Below, in pieces: positions 6,796 to 15,121 of a stretch of 32,000 nt of DNA (position 1 is the stretch's first letter; each line of letters opens with the position of its first letter). The DNA is from Candidatus Iainarchaeum sp. (GTDB taxonomy: Archaea > Iainarchaeota > Iainarchaeia > Iainarchaeales > JAZDEL01). The position numbers were made by a program, and so were the translations under genes. The notes beneath the pieces are model-generated. The model was not told the origin of the DNA. It saw only the letters and a program-made list of their open reading frames with translations, and searched no databases. The stretch lies in the NCBI GenBank assembly GCA_043808785.1, contig JAZDEL010000009.1:30001-62000 (forward strand), read 5' to 3'.

Positions 6796-6804
6796 AAATA
6801 TAAA
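6796..6804 (-). promoter_or_regulatory. BRE/TATA promoter of the ATPase gene
   Basis: The minus strand reads GAAAGGTTTATATTT. The TATA ends about 22 nt before ATG 6774 (leaderless). The BRE/TATA string matches the vapB promoter. Confidence 0.55.
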
Positions 6805-6808
6805 CCTT

Positions 6809-6846
6809 TCTATTAGAAATAGAAACTAACTTCTATTGCTAATAGA
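6809..6846. repeat. AT-rich 16-bp inverted repeat between tRNA-Leu and the ATPase promoter
   Basis: TCTATTAGAAATAGAA [ACTAAC] TTCTATTGCTAATAGA, with 15 of 16 positions complementary. Confidence 0.6.
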
Positions 6847-6855
6847 CACTAAACT

Positions 6856-6862
6856 AAAAAAA
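6856..6862 (-). terminator. Oligo-T (T7) terminator after tRNA-Leu
   Basis: The minus strand reads ...AAAAGATTTTTTTAG, starting 5 nt past the tRNA 3' end. Confidence 0.55.
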
Positions 6863-6867
6863 TCTTT

Positions 6868-6950
6868 TGCGGGGTGGAGGATTCGAACCCCCGTAAGCAC
6901 TAAGCTACGGGCCCTCAACCCGCTCCCGTTAGCCACTTGGGTAACCCCGC
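6868..6950 (-). tRNA. tRNA-Leu (anticodon GAG), type II with a long variable arm
   Basis: Hand-folded. Acceptor GCGGGGT/ACCCCGC; anticodon stem GCGGG/CCCGT; loop TT-GAG-GG; 14-nt variable arm; T arm GGGGG-TTCGAAT-CCTCC; discriminator A. Confidence 0.85.
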
Positions 6951-7175
6951 GCCGGACAGATCCGGCGGCGATCTGTCCCGTCTTCGCTTATGCTCGACGG
7001 GACTAGCCTGCACGCCAAACTATCCTGGACAATTTTCTGTTGCAAAGCCCTTTTTATGCTTTCCGCATGCCGCGCATTCGGGAAAGCAGCAGCCTGCATG
7101 GTTTATATAGTTGGTTTTCCGTTTCTTTTTGTGGCGAAAAATAAAACCCTTGTTACTGGGCGCGGGCCTGTTGAT

Positions 7176-8309
7176 ATGGGAAGGCGCCGGTTTCTGGGCA
7201 AAAGTGCGAAGGCTGTATTGGGTGTTGCGGGCATTGCAGGCGCTGCTCTTGCGGCTGCAAAGGCACAGAAATTGGGCAAATGGTTTTTCTGGTTCACGCA
7301 TCGAAGGAGCCGGGTGGCAATGGAGGAGACACTGCGCAAGAATTTCGAAAAGTGGAAGGGAAATGCCTCATTCACAGTCCTTGCCACGCGGCATGCCTCT
7401 TTTTCAAAGGGCAATCGTTGCGTACAGATTGCCGATGAGGCCGAAAAGGCAGGCAGGCCTTTCCACATGCTCATTCTGGAGAGTGCAGACATGATTGAGG
7501 GCAAGCGCGAGGCAAAGGAGGCAAAGATTAACTCGCGCATTAGCGAGCTTAGGCGCCGCTATGCGAAAGATATTGCCGACGGGAGATTTTCCTCTGTCAA
7601 ATCGGGGCTTAAAGATATTTTCAAGCCGCACATGCATTCCAGAACCCTCGAATTTCACGTTGGCGTTCTGCTTGCCGCGGTTAAGCACGGCTTGGTTGTG
7701 AAATTTGCAGAGGAGTATTCCCCCGGGTATTTGAAGCGTTTGGACGACCTGTACGGCAAAACGAAGCGCGTTACTGCTCCGGATATTACTGACCCTGGAT
7801 ACGCCCCGACTTCGGCAATCAGGATGAAAATTGCAGAAGGTGCCGCCATTTACCGCAGGTATATTGTGGCAAGGGACAATGCCATGCTGGAAACAACCCC
7901 TAAGGCGGTTGCGGAAGTAAGGCGCGACAACCCCGGCATGAGGGAGCGCAAAGTTCGCGCGTTGGTCGTGGTTGGAACAAGACATTATGGCGTGGCGGGG
8001 CGGCTCAGCGGGAAGGGGAGCATACTTGTATCGGACCCCGAATACCTCTATGCTGCAGTTGTTGACATTTCACTCTCGCAGGGCCATGCCTTCGATTCGA
8101 ACCTTGCAGTTTCAAGGGCAACCTTGGCATCCTTTGTGCATAATGCGCACAGAGCCTATCTGGAATCGGACCCTGCACGGGCAGAGAGGCTCTTCCAAAG
8201 GCTTTCCCGCCTGTCTCTTCAGGAGGCCGATTCCATACTTTCCAAATTGGAAAATCGTACATTCGTGGATAGGGCAGAGCGTGCCGAAGCTCTTCTTCTT
8301 GGGAAGTGA
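7176..8309 (+). CDS. Hypothetical exported or membrane-anchored protein with a twin-arginine-like N-terminus
   Basis: ORF 6990..8309 trimmed to ATG 7176 (MGRRRFLGKSAKAVLGVAGIAGAALAAAKA...): an RRxFLK-type motif followed by a hydrophobic segment. Weak GTxH-like motifs (LATRH, VVVGTRHYGVAG) hint at a TraB/GumN/Tiki-like fold at low confidence. Confidence 0.6.
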   Translation: MGRRRFLGKSAKAVLGVAGIAGAALAAAKAQKLGKWFFWFTHRRSRVAMEETLRKNFEKWKGNASFTVLATRHASFSKGNRCVQIADEAEKAGRPFHMLILESADMIEGKREAKEAKINSRISELRRRYAKDIADGRFSSVKSGLKDIFKPHMHSRTLEFHVGVLLAAVKHGLVVKFAEEYSPGYLKRLDDLYGKTKRVTAPDITDPGYAPTSAIRMKIAEGAAIYRRYIVARDNAMLETTPKAVAEVRRDNPGMRERKVRALVVVGTRHYGVAGRLSGKGSILVSDPEYLYAAVVDISLSQGHAFDSNLAVSRATLASFVHNAHRAYLESDPARAERLFQRLSRLSLQEADSILSKLENRTFVDRAERAEALLLGK

Positions 8310-8328
8310 TGCGCCCCATTCCGGCGCA
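8310..8328. terminator. Hairpin between convergent genes (bidirectional terminator candidate)
   Basis: TGCGCC-ccattcc-GGCGCA lies between the stop of 7176..8309 and the stop of the HIT gene. Confidence 0.35.
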
Positions 8329-8331
8329 AAA

Positions 8332-8760
8332 TTACTTGCATAAGGCTTTTTTTATCTTTTCCGAATAGCGCGCGCTTTCCCCTTCCGCATACTTCCCCTG
8401 CGGCCAGAGGTGCAGCCCGTCGTTCTCATACCTCGGGATAATATGGAAATGTATGTGCGGAACCACTTGTCCCGCACCCTTGCCATTGTTGACGTGCAGG
8501 TTGAAGCCATTTGCCCCCAAACCCTTAACCGCCGCGGCGCCGATTTTTTTAACCGCGGACATCATTGCGCAAATGTCCTTTTCAGGGGCGTCAAGCAGGT
8601 TCTCGGAATGGTTCCTTGCAACAACCAAAGTGTGCCCTTTTGTTGTGGGTGCAATGTCAAGGAACGCCACAACCTCGGCGTCACTGTAAACAAAATCCGC
8701 GGGAATTTTCCCGCTTATTATTTTGCAGAAGATGCAGTTTTCATTATTCATTGCATTCAC
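8332..8760 (-). CDS. hit: HIT-family (histidine triad) nucleotide hydrolase
   Basis: 142 aa. CIFCKII, an HxHxHxx triad in VVPHIHFHIIPRY, and typical HinT size. Confidence 0.9.
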   Translation of the reverse strand: MNAMNNENCIFCKIISGKIPADFVYSDAEVVAFLDIAPTTKGHTLVVARNHSENLLDAPEKDICAMMSAVKKIGAAAVKGLGANGFNLHVNNGKGAGQVVPHIHFHIIPRYENDGLHLWPQGKYAEGESARYSEKIKKALCK

Positions 8761-8810
8761 CTGCCCGCAGCAGCGGGCTGTTCTTTTTGCAGGCTAACGT
8801 TTTTCGCAAA

Positions 8811-8860
8811 CCTTTTGGAAGTGGGTTTGAGCCCAAGCGAAAACCCACGCTCCGAAAAGG
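8811..8860 (-). repeat. tRNA-trailer palindromic module, copy B
   Basis: The minus strand reads CCTTTTCGGAGCGTGGG-TTTTCGCTTGGGCTCAAA-CCCACTTCCAAAAGG, starting 5 nt after tRNA-Ser(GGA). The boxes are identical to copy A. Confidence 0.6.
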
Positions 8861-8865
8861 TTTAA

Positions 8866-8948
8866 CGCGGGGAACGAGATTCGAACTCGTGCATCCAGAG
8901 GATAACAGCTTTCCAGGCTGCCGCGTTAGACCGCTCCGCCATCCCCGC
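8866..8948 (-). tRNA. tRNA-Ser (anticodon GGA), type II
   Basis: Hand-folded. Acceptor GCGGGGA/TCCCCGC; anticodon stem GCAGC/GCTGT; loop CT-GGA-AA; 14-nt variable arm; T arm ACGAG-TTCGAAT-CTCGT; discriminator G. Confidence 0.85.
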
Positions 8949-8956
8949 ATTTGCTT

Positions 8957-9607
8957 TCATTTAAGTTTCTTCAGCGCCTCCACCGCGGTTTTCATATTCT
9001 TTGCGTGAATAACATAAGAGCCCGCGCAGAGCATGTCCGCGCCCGCATCAACGGCAAGTTTTCCCGTCTGCATGTTTATTCCGCCGTCCGCTGCAAGCAC
9101 GCATTTATGCCCGCCCTTATCGATTGCCCTGCGCAGGGCGCGCACCTTCTCAAGGTTCTTTCCGATGAAGCCCTGCCCCCCGATTCCCGCCTCCACTGCC
9201 ATAACCAAAACCAAATCCGCGGTTTTCAGGTATGGCATAGCCCTTTCCGCGGGAATTTTGTTGTTAACCGCGATGCCCGCCCGTAACCCGAGCGATTTTA
9301 TTTTTTTTATTGTTTTTTCGGGCGCGGGAGAGGTTTCTAAATGGAATGTTATCGCATTTGCGCCCGCCTTTGCATAATCATCAAGAACCCTGTCGGGTTC
9401 CTTAACCATCAAATGCGCGTCGATGTAAATTTTTGTTTTTTCCCTGATTTCGCGCAACTCCTTCACGCCGAACTTTTTCGCGGGAACATATTTGCCGTCC
9501 ATCACATCGAGGTGCAACTCATCCGCGCCCGCCCTTTCGATTTCCTTAAGCGCCTGCGGAAGTTTTGCCTCCTCAGCGGAAAGCACGGAAACCCCTAACC
9601 TTGCCAT
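8957..9607 (-). CDS. rpe: Ribulose-phosphate 3-epimerase
   Basis: ORF 8957..9631 (TTG) trimmed to ATG 9607 (MARLGVSVLSA...). Motifs: HLDVMDGKYVP, DAHLMV, ITFHLE, LVMAVEAGIGGQGF, ADGGIN. Confidence 0.9.
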   Translation of the reverse strand: MARLGVSVLSAEEAKLPQALKEIERAGADELHLDVMDGKYVPAKKFGVKELREIREKTKIYIDAHLMVKEPDRVLDDYAKAGANAITFHLETSPAPEKTIKKIKSLGLRAGIAVNNKIPAERAMPYLKTADLVLVMAVEAGIGGQGFIGKNLEKVRALRRAIDKGGHKCVLAADGGINMQTGKLAVDAGADMLCAGSYVIHAKNMKTAVEALKKLK

Positions 9608-9703
9608 AAAAACCCCTGAACGGTTGCCCAAGTAAAATAGGCATGGCGTGGTTTTTAAGGGTTTTGTTCATGCCCTGCCTTGCCAGGCCTCAATATCGTT
9701 AAC

Positions 9704-9712
9704 TATATATTA
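9704..9712 (+). promoter_or_regulatory. TATA box of the giant surface-protein gene
   Basis: AACTATATATTAACC, about 30 nt upstream of ATG 9741. Confidence 0.5.
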
Positions 9713-9740
9713 ACCTGAATGATTATACTAACGGCTCTTC

Positions 9741-12700
9741 ATGAATGGCAAACACGGTTTTGGGCGTTCCACTGCAGGAAGTGCAGTTTTCGCACTTTTT
9801 TCCTTAGCACTGTTGCTGGCTTTTGCAGGGAATGTTTTTTCCGCGAATTATGTGCTGGATGTGAACCAGACAGGGGATAATTTTGAGGTCGGGACTAAGG
9901 ATTTCAATTTGTTTTTTGAGCAGTATTATGGCGGGGGGATTACAAAGGCAGTTGATTTGAACAGGGACGGCGCGGGTAAGGCCGACTTTGTCACCTCAGC
10001 CGTTGGATCGTGGTCAGTTACCTATTACTCATTGGACCCTTGGGTGGGAATAAGGGATGGCCTGGGCGGCAGGTTAACGGATGACGACAACGGCGCGCAA
10101 TTGTGGAAGGCGGAGGGCCTGGACAGCAGGGTGCAGATGAAAGTAACCGGCGCGCTTATTGACTGGGACTTCTCCCCGCCGGGGCCAAAGTATGACCTAA
10201 ACTTTGCAAAGACAAACACGATATATCCTGTTCCCGGTGGCATTAAGATAGCGGTGCACCTTGAGCTGACCGATACAAATAGTGTGGCAACAACTTATGG
10301 CCGTTTTAGCAACTGTGCAGGTAATCCTTCCACATGGATTGCATACACGGATAATAATTTAAGCGACCCTGCAGGGTCTGAATGGTGGCGCGCGCGCCAG
10401 CGCACAACTTTGGGTGCCACTTCCGACGCAAATACCGTAGTCGTCATTGGTTATGCCAAACGTGCAGCGGACTCGAAGTTCTACAACAAAAAATTTGACC
10501 CTGATTCGGCGGGAAACTGGTCCGCCGGTGGCTGGTATTCTTGGACCGATAGTGCCTTAACCGAGCAATTCGATGCAGGCGAAACCGACTATATCAACTA
10601 TGTGATTTACATCGCAAGCACAACTGAATTAGGGCGCGTTCAGGCAAGCCCGCAGGAAATCCCCGACGAAAACATGATAGACTACATCATGCTCGATTAC
10701 CGCAACCCCGATAATTTGTTCATGAACAAAGGCACAACCCAAGGGTTCGATTTCAACACAGGCGCCTACTTAATCACAACAGACAGCAACCGCGTTGATT
10801 TCAATATGTGCACGAACGGAGTGATGAACGACCAGAACACCTGGGACACGAACAGGTATTACCCCGCGTTCCAGATTAGCGACTACAACGCATCAACAGT
10901 GCCCGTCATGAAAGTAAACGGCGCAGCGAAAACAATGGGCGTTGATTATGTTTCCGATGTGAACACAACTGGGAAGTATGCGGTTGTTGTTTGGTTAGGC
11001 GCGCTAACGGGAAATGACGAGAACGCGCAGTTCACAATTGCAACGGACTTAACAGCGCCGACTGTTTCGATTTCATCCCCCTCGGGCGGCTCAAGCACTG
11101 CCGCAAACTCGATGAACATCGTGTACTCAGGCTCCGACGCAAACAGCGCAATAAAGAAATATTACGTGCAGATGGATTCGCTTGGGTGGGTTGACAACGG
11201 CATGAACATAACCAGAAAGTTCTTTGGCCTTGCCCCTGGTTCGCATACCGCTTATGTAATTGCCGTCGACACCGCGGACAACAACTCCGCCCAGGCGAGC
11301 GTAACCTTTACCCTTACTGCACCCGAGCAAATAAAAAAATACCTCGACGTGAACGCAACAGGCCAGAACTTCGAGGCAGGAACGCCGGACTTCAACATTT
11401 TCTTCCTGCAGAATATCGGGGGCAGCATAAATAAAATTACCGACCTGAACCTTGACAGCGCCACAAAAACCAACTTCGTAAACAGCACAAGCACTACTTA
11501 TTTCGAATATTGGTCGATTACCCGTGTCAATGGGAGCAGCAGGACCAGCGATGCGGACACCTCCGCAAGGCTGCGGAAAAACGAGGATCTTGCAGCAAGG
11601 GCAAAAATAACCTCCGAAGGCGCAATTACCGACGGCAGTGCTGTCGGCGGATATGACCTGAACTTCACAAAAACTTATTCCATCTACCCGAACAAGAAAG
11701 TGTATGTGCACACCCTCCTGACAGACACGAACACGGGACCTACGGATTATAGTTCATTCAGGCATGTAACCCGCGCAAAATCAGGGGGAACATTTTCGGG
11801 CATTGACAATAACGACTCCTCTCCTCTGACAGGTGACAACCACTGGCACGACGTGGGGCGCATAGACATGAACTCTGATTTTGACGGAAACACAATTGTC
11901 GGCACAGGTTATGATGCCAACAGCGGCATTACGTTTTACACCCATAAATGGAACCCCGACTATACTTACACAACCGCCACAGGCTCCAACCCCGGCCAGG
12001 GCGGTTATGCCTGCAACGGCCTCAGTCCCGACTTCATTTCCGGGGAAACAGATTTCATAAATTACCTCCTTGTAATTGCCAACACCAAGGAAACCGGCCA
12101 CCCTGAGGACGGCAACAACCTCTTCGACGCGTATTTCCTCGATTACCGCACGCCTGACAGGCTGTTCATGATTACGGGAACATCGCAGAACTTCGATTCG
12201 AATGTAGGTGCGTACAAATTAACCGCAAGCAGCAACACGGTGGATTTCAACATCTCCACGCGCGTCGGGGCAACCGATGTTAACCGTTACAAGCCAGCTT
12301 TCGAGATTGCAAACTACACTGCCTCCAACAAGCCATTGCTGAAACATAACGGCGTGCTCAAGAATGAGGGCACTGATTACATCGCGGATGTGAACACTCT
12401 TGGCGATTACGCCGTTGTTGTATGGATGGGCGACATCCTCACAACGGATGTGAATGCGGAATTCACCATCTCCTCAAGCTTCAGCGGCCCTACGGCAACA
12501 ATCTCCTCTCCCGCAGCGGGCTCGAGCACAGCGGCAAACTCGATGAACATAGTTTACTCCGCCTCGGACGCGAACGCGGGAATAAAGAAATATTACGTGC
12601 AGATGGACTCGCAGGGCTGGATTGACAACAACCTGAGCATCACACGCAAATTCTTCGGTTTGGCGCCTGGTTCGCACACGGCTTATTTGATTGCGGTTAA

Positions 12701-14993
12701 TGATGCGGATTTGAACTCAAGCACGGCGAGCGTGACGTTTACATTAACCGCACCAGCGGCAACAAAGCGCTATCTGGATGTGAACGCGACAGGGCAGAAT
12801 TTTGAGGTGGGGACTGCTGATTTTAACATTTTCTTCCAGCAGAGCCGCGGGGGCGGCCTAAATAGCATAATCGACCTGAACAGGGACGGGGTGATTAAAA
12901 CAAACCTTTCGCGCAATCCCCTATCTTTTATATTCGACGATTGGTTGGAGCAGGTGAATGGCAACCAGACCCGCACAATGTATGACGACAACGGCGCGCA
13001 ATTGTGGAAAGCCGAGGATTTGAACAGCAGGGTTAAAATAAATGCGAAAGGGGCATTGATGAACTGGTCAGGCTCCCCAGCAGGGCCAAAATGGGATTTG
13101 AACTTCTCAAAGACAAACACAATCTACCCCATTCCCGGCGGATTAAGGGTTGCGGTCCACCTTGAACTTACTGACACGAATTCATCGGCAACGGCAACTA
13201 CCACCTTCCACCATTCAATGTCAGGGGTTGCACAAACTTACTTTGTTTCATATACCGACAATAACGTAACCAGCACCGCAGGTTCTGAATGGTGGCACGC
13301 GCTACAGCGCATAGATTCCAATTCGGACTTTGATGCGAACACTGTGTTTGTTACGGGTTATGCCAAGCGCGCGGCAGATTCCGGTTTTTACAACAAGAAA
13401 TGGGACCCCTCTATCGGGGGCGCCTGGGACTATTTGATTAACTATAGCAGCACTTGGTATATGTACACCTCAGTCCAGTTCCAGCCGAATGAAACAGATT
13501 ATGTCAATTACCTGATATATTTGGCAAGCACAAAGGAACTCGGCGCCGTGAATGGTTATCTTTCGCCAGATGAAAACTTCATCGATTACCGCATGCTCGA
13601 TTACCGCAACCCCGATAATTTATTCATGAAAACAGGAACTTTCCAGGAATTCGATTTCAACACGGGCGCCTACCTTGTAACTGCGGCAGGCAACAAGGTG
13701 GACTTCAACATCTGCACAAACGGAATAATGAACGACCAGAACCTCTGGGACACGAACAGATACTCGCCCGCCTTCGAAATCGCGAACTACACCGCATCAA
13801 CAAAACCCCTCCTCAAATACAACGAAGCAGTGAAAACAGAGGGCGTGGATTATGTTTCAGATGTGAACAATGCTGGGGACTACGCAGTCGTAGTCTGGCT
13901 CGGCTCGCTCACAGGCAACGATGAAAACGCCCAGCTAACAATAGACGACAACTTCTTCACCCCGAACCTGGAAATAACCTCCCCGCCAAATCACTCGACC
14001 TCGGAAAACCAGTATGTCACAATCGCATACTCGATTGTGGACACAAACAACGCAATTGAGAGGTATTTCGTGAAGGCGGACGATGGCGCCTGGGTGGATA
14101 ATGCGCTGAACACCTCATACACATTCTCGGGCCTCTCAAACGGCATGCACACGCTTTACTCTGTTGCGCACGATATTTCGGATAACAACTCCAACACCGC
14201 ATACGTCTGGGTCAATGTTTCTCCCCCCGGCACAGCTTCGGTGGTGTCCGGCACGCCTGCGGGGGGGCCTGAACAGCCTGCGGTGCCGGCGGATGCTGGG
14301 CAGGCACCAGCAGCGGAAGTGCCGAAAGTGAAGGAGCCCGCAAAAGAACCCTCCGCAGAAAAGAAGCCAGTGGCGAAGAAAGAAGCGGTTCAGGAGCCTC
14401 CCGCAGGAACATTGCTGCAGGCATCCATGTACGCCTTCCAGCCAAGTGCGGGGGAGATAAGCAAAACACTTTCCGCGCTGGGCAGGGGCGAGGATGAAAT
14501 AAAGAACGCGGAAAAAGCCAACGCAGCGCTCGGCATAACGCGCATTGTAAGTGTTGTGAGCAACGGCAAAGGCGCGGAGGAATTTTCAACTGAGTTCACG
14601 GTAAGCGCAAAGAATAATTCATGGAGTACTGTGAGAAATGTGAAAGTAATTGAAAATGTGCCAAAGGCGGCAGCGGCAACGGCTGAAAAGATACGCAGCA
14701 GCACAGGCTTCACCGTGCTTGAAAACGACCCGATAATTGAATTTGCTTTGGGTGATATCGCACCCGGGGAGGAAAAAGTGGCGGAATACTCCGTCGCAGG
14801 GCAGCTTGACAAGGAAGTCTTCTCCTCAATGGGCGCGCCGATTGCAACAGGCGCTGTTGAGGAAAACCTGCTGGATAATATCCTGCCCGCAATGGAGGCA
14901 TACCCTGCGATGTTCGGCGCCTCAATAATCGTAATTATTGCGCTGATGGCTGTTTTATTTTATATCCTGAGGAAGCGCAGGGCCAAGGGTTAG
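9741..14993 (+). CDS. Giant (1750 aa) cell-surface protein: signal peptide, three large tandem repeats, Pro/Ala/Glu/Lys linker, C-terminal TM anchor
   Basis: Full ORF. N-terminal signal (AVFALFSLALLLAFAGNVFSA). Three repeats each start xYLDVNxTGxNFExGTxDFNxFF. An Ig-like module ends each repeat. Linker PEQPAVPADAGQAPAAEVPKVKEPAKEPSAEKKPVAKKEA. The C-terminus is PAMFGASIIVIIALMAVLFYIL-RKRRAKG. There are many N-x-S/T sequons. Confidence 0.85.
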   Translation: MNGKHGFGRSTAGSAVFALFSLALLLAFAGNVFSANYVLDVNQTGDNFEVGTKDFNLFFEQYYGGGITKAVDLNRDGAGKADFVTSAVGSWSVTYYSLDPWVGIRDGLGGRLTDDDNGAQLWKAEGLDSRVQMKVTGALIDWDFSPPGPKYDLNFAKTNTIYPVPGGIKIAVHLELTDTNSVATTYGRFSNCAGNPSTWIAYTDNNLSDPAGSEWWRARQRTTLGATSDANTVVVIGYAKRAADSKFYNKKFDPDSAGNWSAGGWYSWTDSALTEQFDAGETDYINYVIYIASTTELGRVQASPQEIPDENMIDYIMLDYRNPDNLFMNKGTTQGFDFNTGAYLITTDSNRVDFNMCTNGVMNDQNTWDTNRYYPAFQISDYNASTVPVMKVNGAAKTMGVDYVSDVNTTGKYAVVVWLGALTGNDENAQFTIATDLTAPTVSISSPSGGSSTAANSMNIVYSGSDANSAIKKYYVQMDSLGWVDNGMNITRKFFGLAPGSHTAYVIAVDTADNNSAQASVTFTLTAPEQIKKYLDVNATGQNFEAGTPDFNIFFLQNIGGSINKITDLNLDSATKTNFVNSTSTTYFEYWSITRVNGSSRTSDADTSARLRKNEDLAARAKITSEGAITDGSAVGGYDLNFTKTYSIYPNKKVYVHTLLTDTNTGPTDYSSFRHVTRAKSGGTFSGIDNNDSSPLTGDNHWHDVGRIDMNSDFDGNTIVGTGYDANSGITFYTHKWNPDYTYTTATGSNPGQGGYACNGLSPDFISGETDFINYLLVIANTKETGHPEDGNNLFDAYFLDYRTPDRLFMITGTSQNFDSNVGAYKLTASSNTVDFNISTRVGATDVNRYKPAFEIANYTASNKPLLKHNGVLKNEGTDYIADVNTLGDYAVVVWMGDILTTDVNAEFTISSSFSGPTATISSPAAGSSTAANSMNIVYSASDANAGIKKYYVQMDSQGWIDNNLSITRKFFGLAPGSHTAYLIAVNDADLNSSTASVTFTLTAPAATKRYLDVNATGQNFEVGTADFNIFFQQSRGGGLNSIIDLNRDGVIKTNLSRNPLSFIFDDWLEQVNGNQTRTMYDDNGAQLWKAEDLNSRVKINAKGALMNWSGSPAGPKWDLNFSKTNTIYPIPGGLRVAVHLELTDTNSSATATTTFHHSMSGVAQTYFVSYTDNNVTSTAGSEWWHALQRIDSNSDFDANTVFVTGYAKRAADSGFYNKKWDPSIGGAWDYLINYSSTWYMYTSVQFQPNETDYVNYLIYLASTKELGAVNGYLSPDENFIDYRMLDYRNPDNLFMKTGTFQEFDFNTGAYLVTAAGNKVDFNICTNGIMNDQNLWDTNRYSPAFEIANYTASTKPLLKYNEAVKTEGVDYVSDVNNAGDYAVVVWLGSLTGNDENAQLTIDDNFFTPNLEITSPPNHSTSENQYVTIAYSIVDTNNAIERYFVKADDGAWVDNALNTSYTFSGLSNGMHTLYSVAHDISDNNSNTAYVWVNVSPPGTASVVSGTPAGGPEQPAVPADAGQAPAAEVPKVKEPAKEPSAEKKPVAKKEAVQEPPAGTLLQASMYAFQPSAGEISKTLSALGRGEDEIKNAEKANAALGITRIVSVVSNGKGAEEFSTEFTVSAKNNSWSTVRNVKVIENVPKAAAATAEKIRSSTGFTVLENDPIIEFALGDIAPGEEKVAEYSVAGQLDKEVFSSMGAPIATGAVEENLLDNILPAMEAYPAMFGASIIVIIALMAVLFYILRKRRAKG
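9843..14226 (+). repeat. Three in-frame tandem coding repeats (about 1491, 1431 and 1460 nt)
   Basis: The anchor codon Y of YLDVN lies at 9849, 11340 and 12771. The repeats are conserved at protein level but show many synonymous DNA differences. Confidence 0.8.
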
Positions 14994-15121
14994 GGTGCCT
15001 GCACAACCCTGCGGATGCTCGCCATCGCAATCATTAAATATTGCTTCGCTGTTATCCTTTGCGCAAAAGGTGCAAAGTTCATGGCCGGCGTAAGAAGTTT
15101 GCTGCAAAGCGGGGCGAGTGC

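Noticed and set aside
6990-7175. 62-codon N-terminal extension of ORF 6990..8309
   Set aside because: It begins with a non-ATG start inside the hairpin region next to tRNA-Leu. The twin-arginine motif right after ATG 7176, and the A/T boxes at 7102-7109 and 7135-7148, favour the shorter gene.
9843-14226. Diversity-generating retroelement (template/variable repeat) explanation for the internal repeats
   Set aside because: Differences between repeats are spread over all bases, largely at synonymous sites, and are not adenine-specific. There is no reverse transcriptase or accessory gene in the window.
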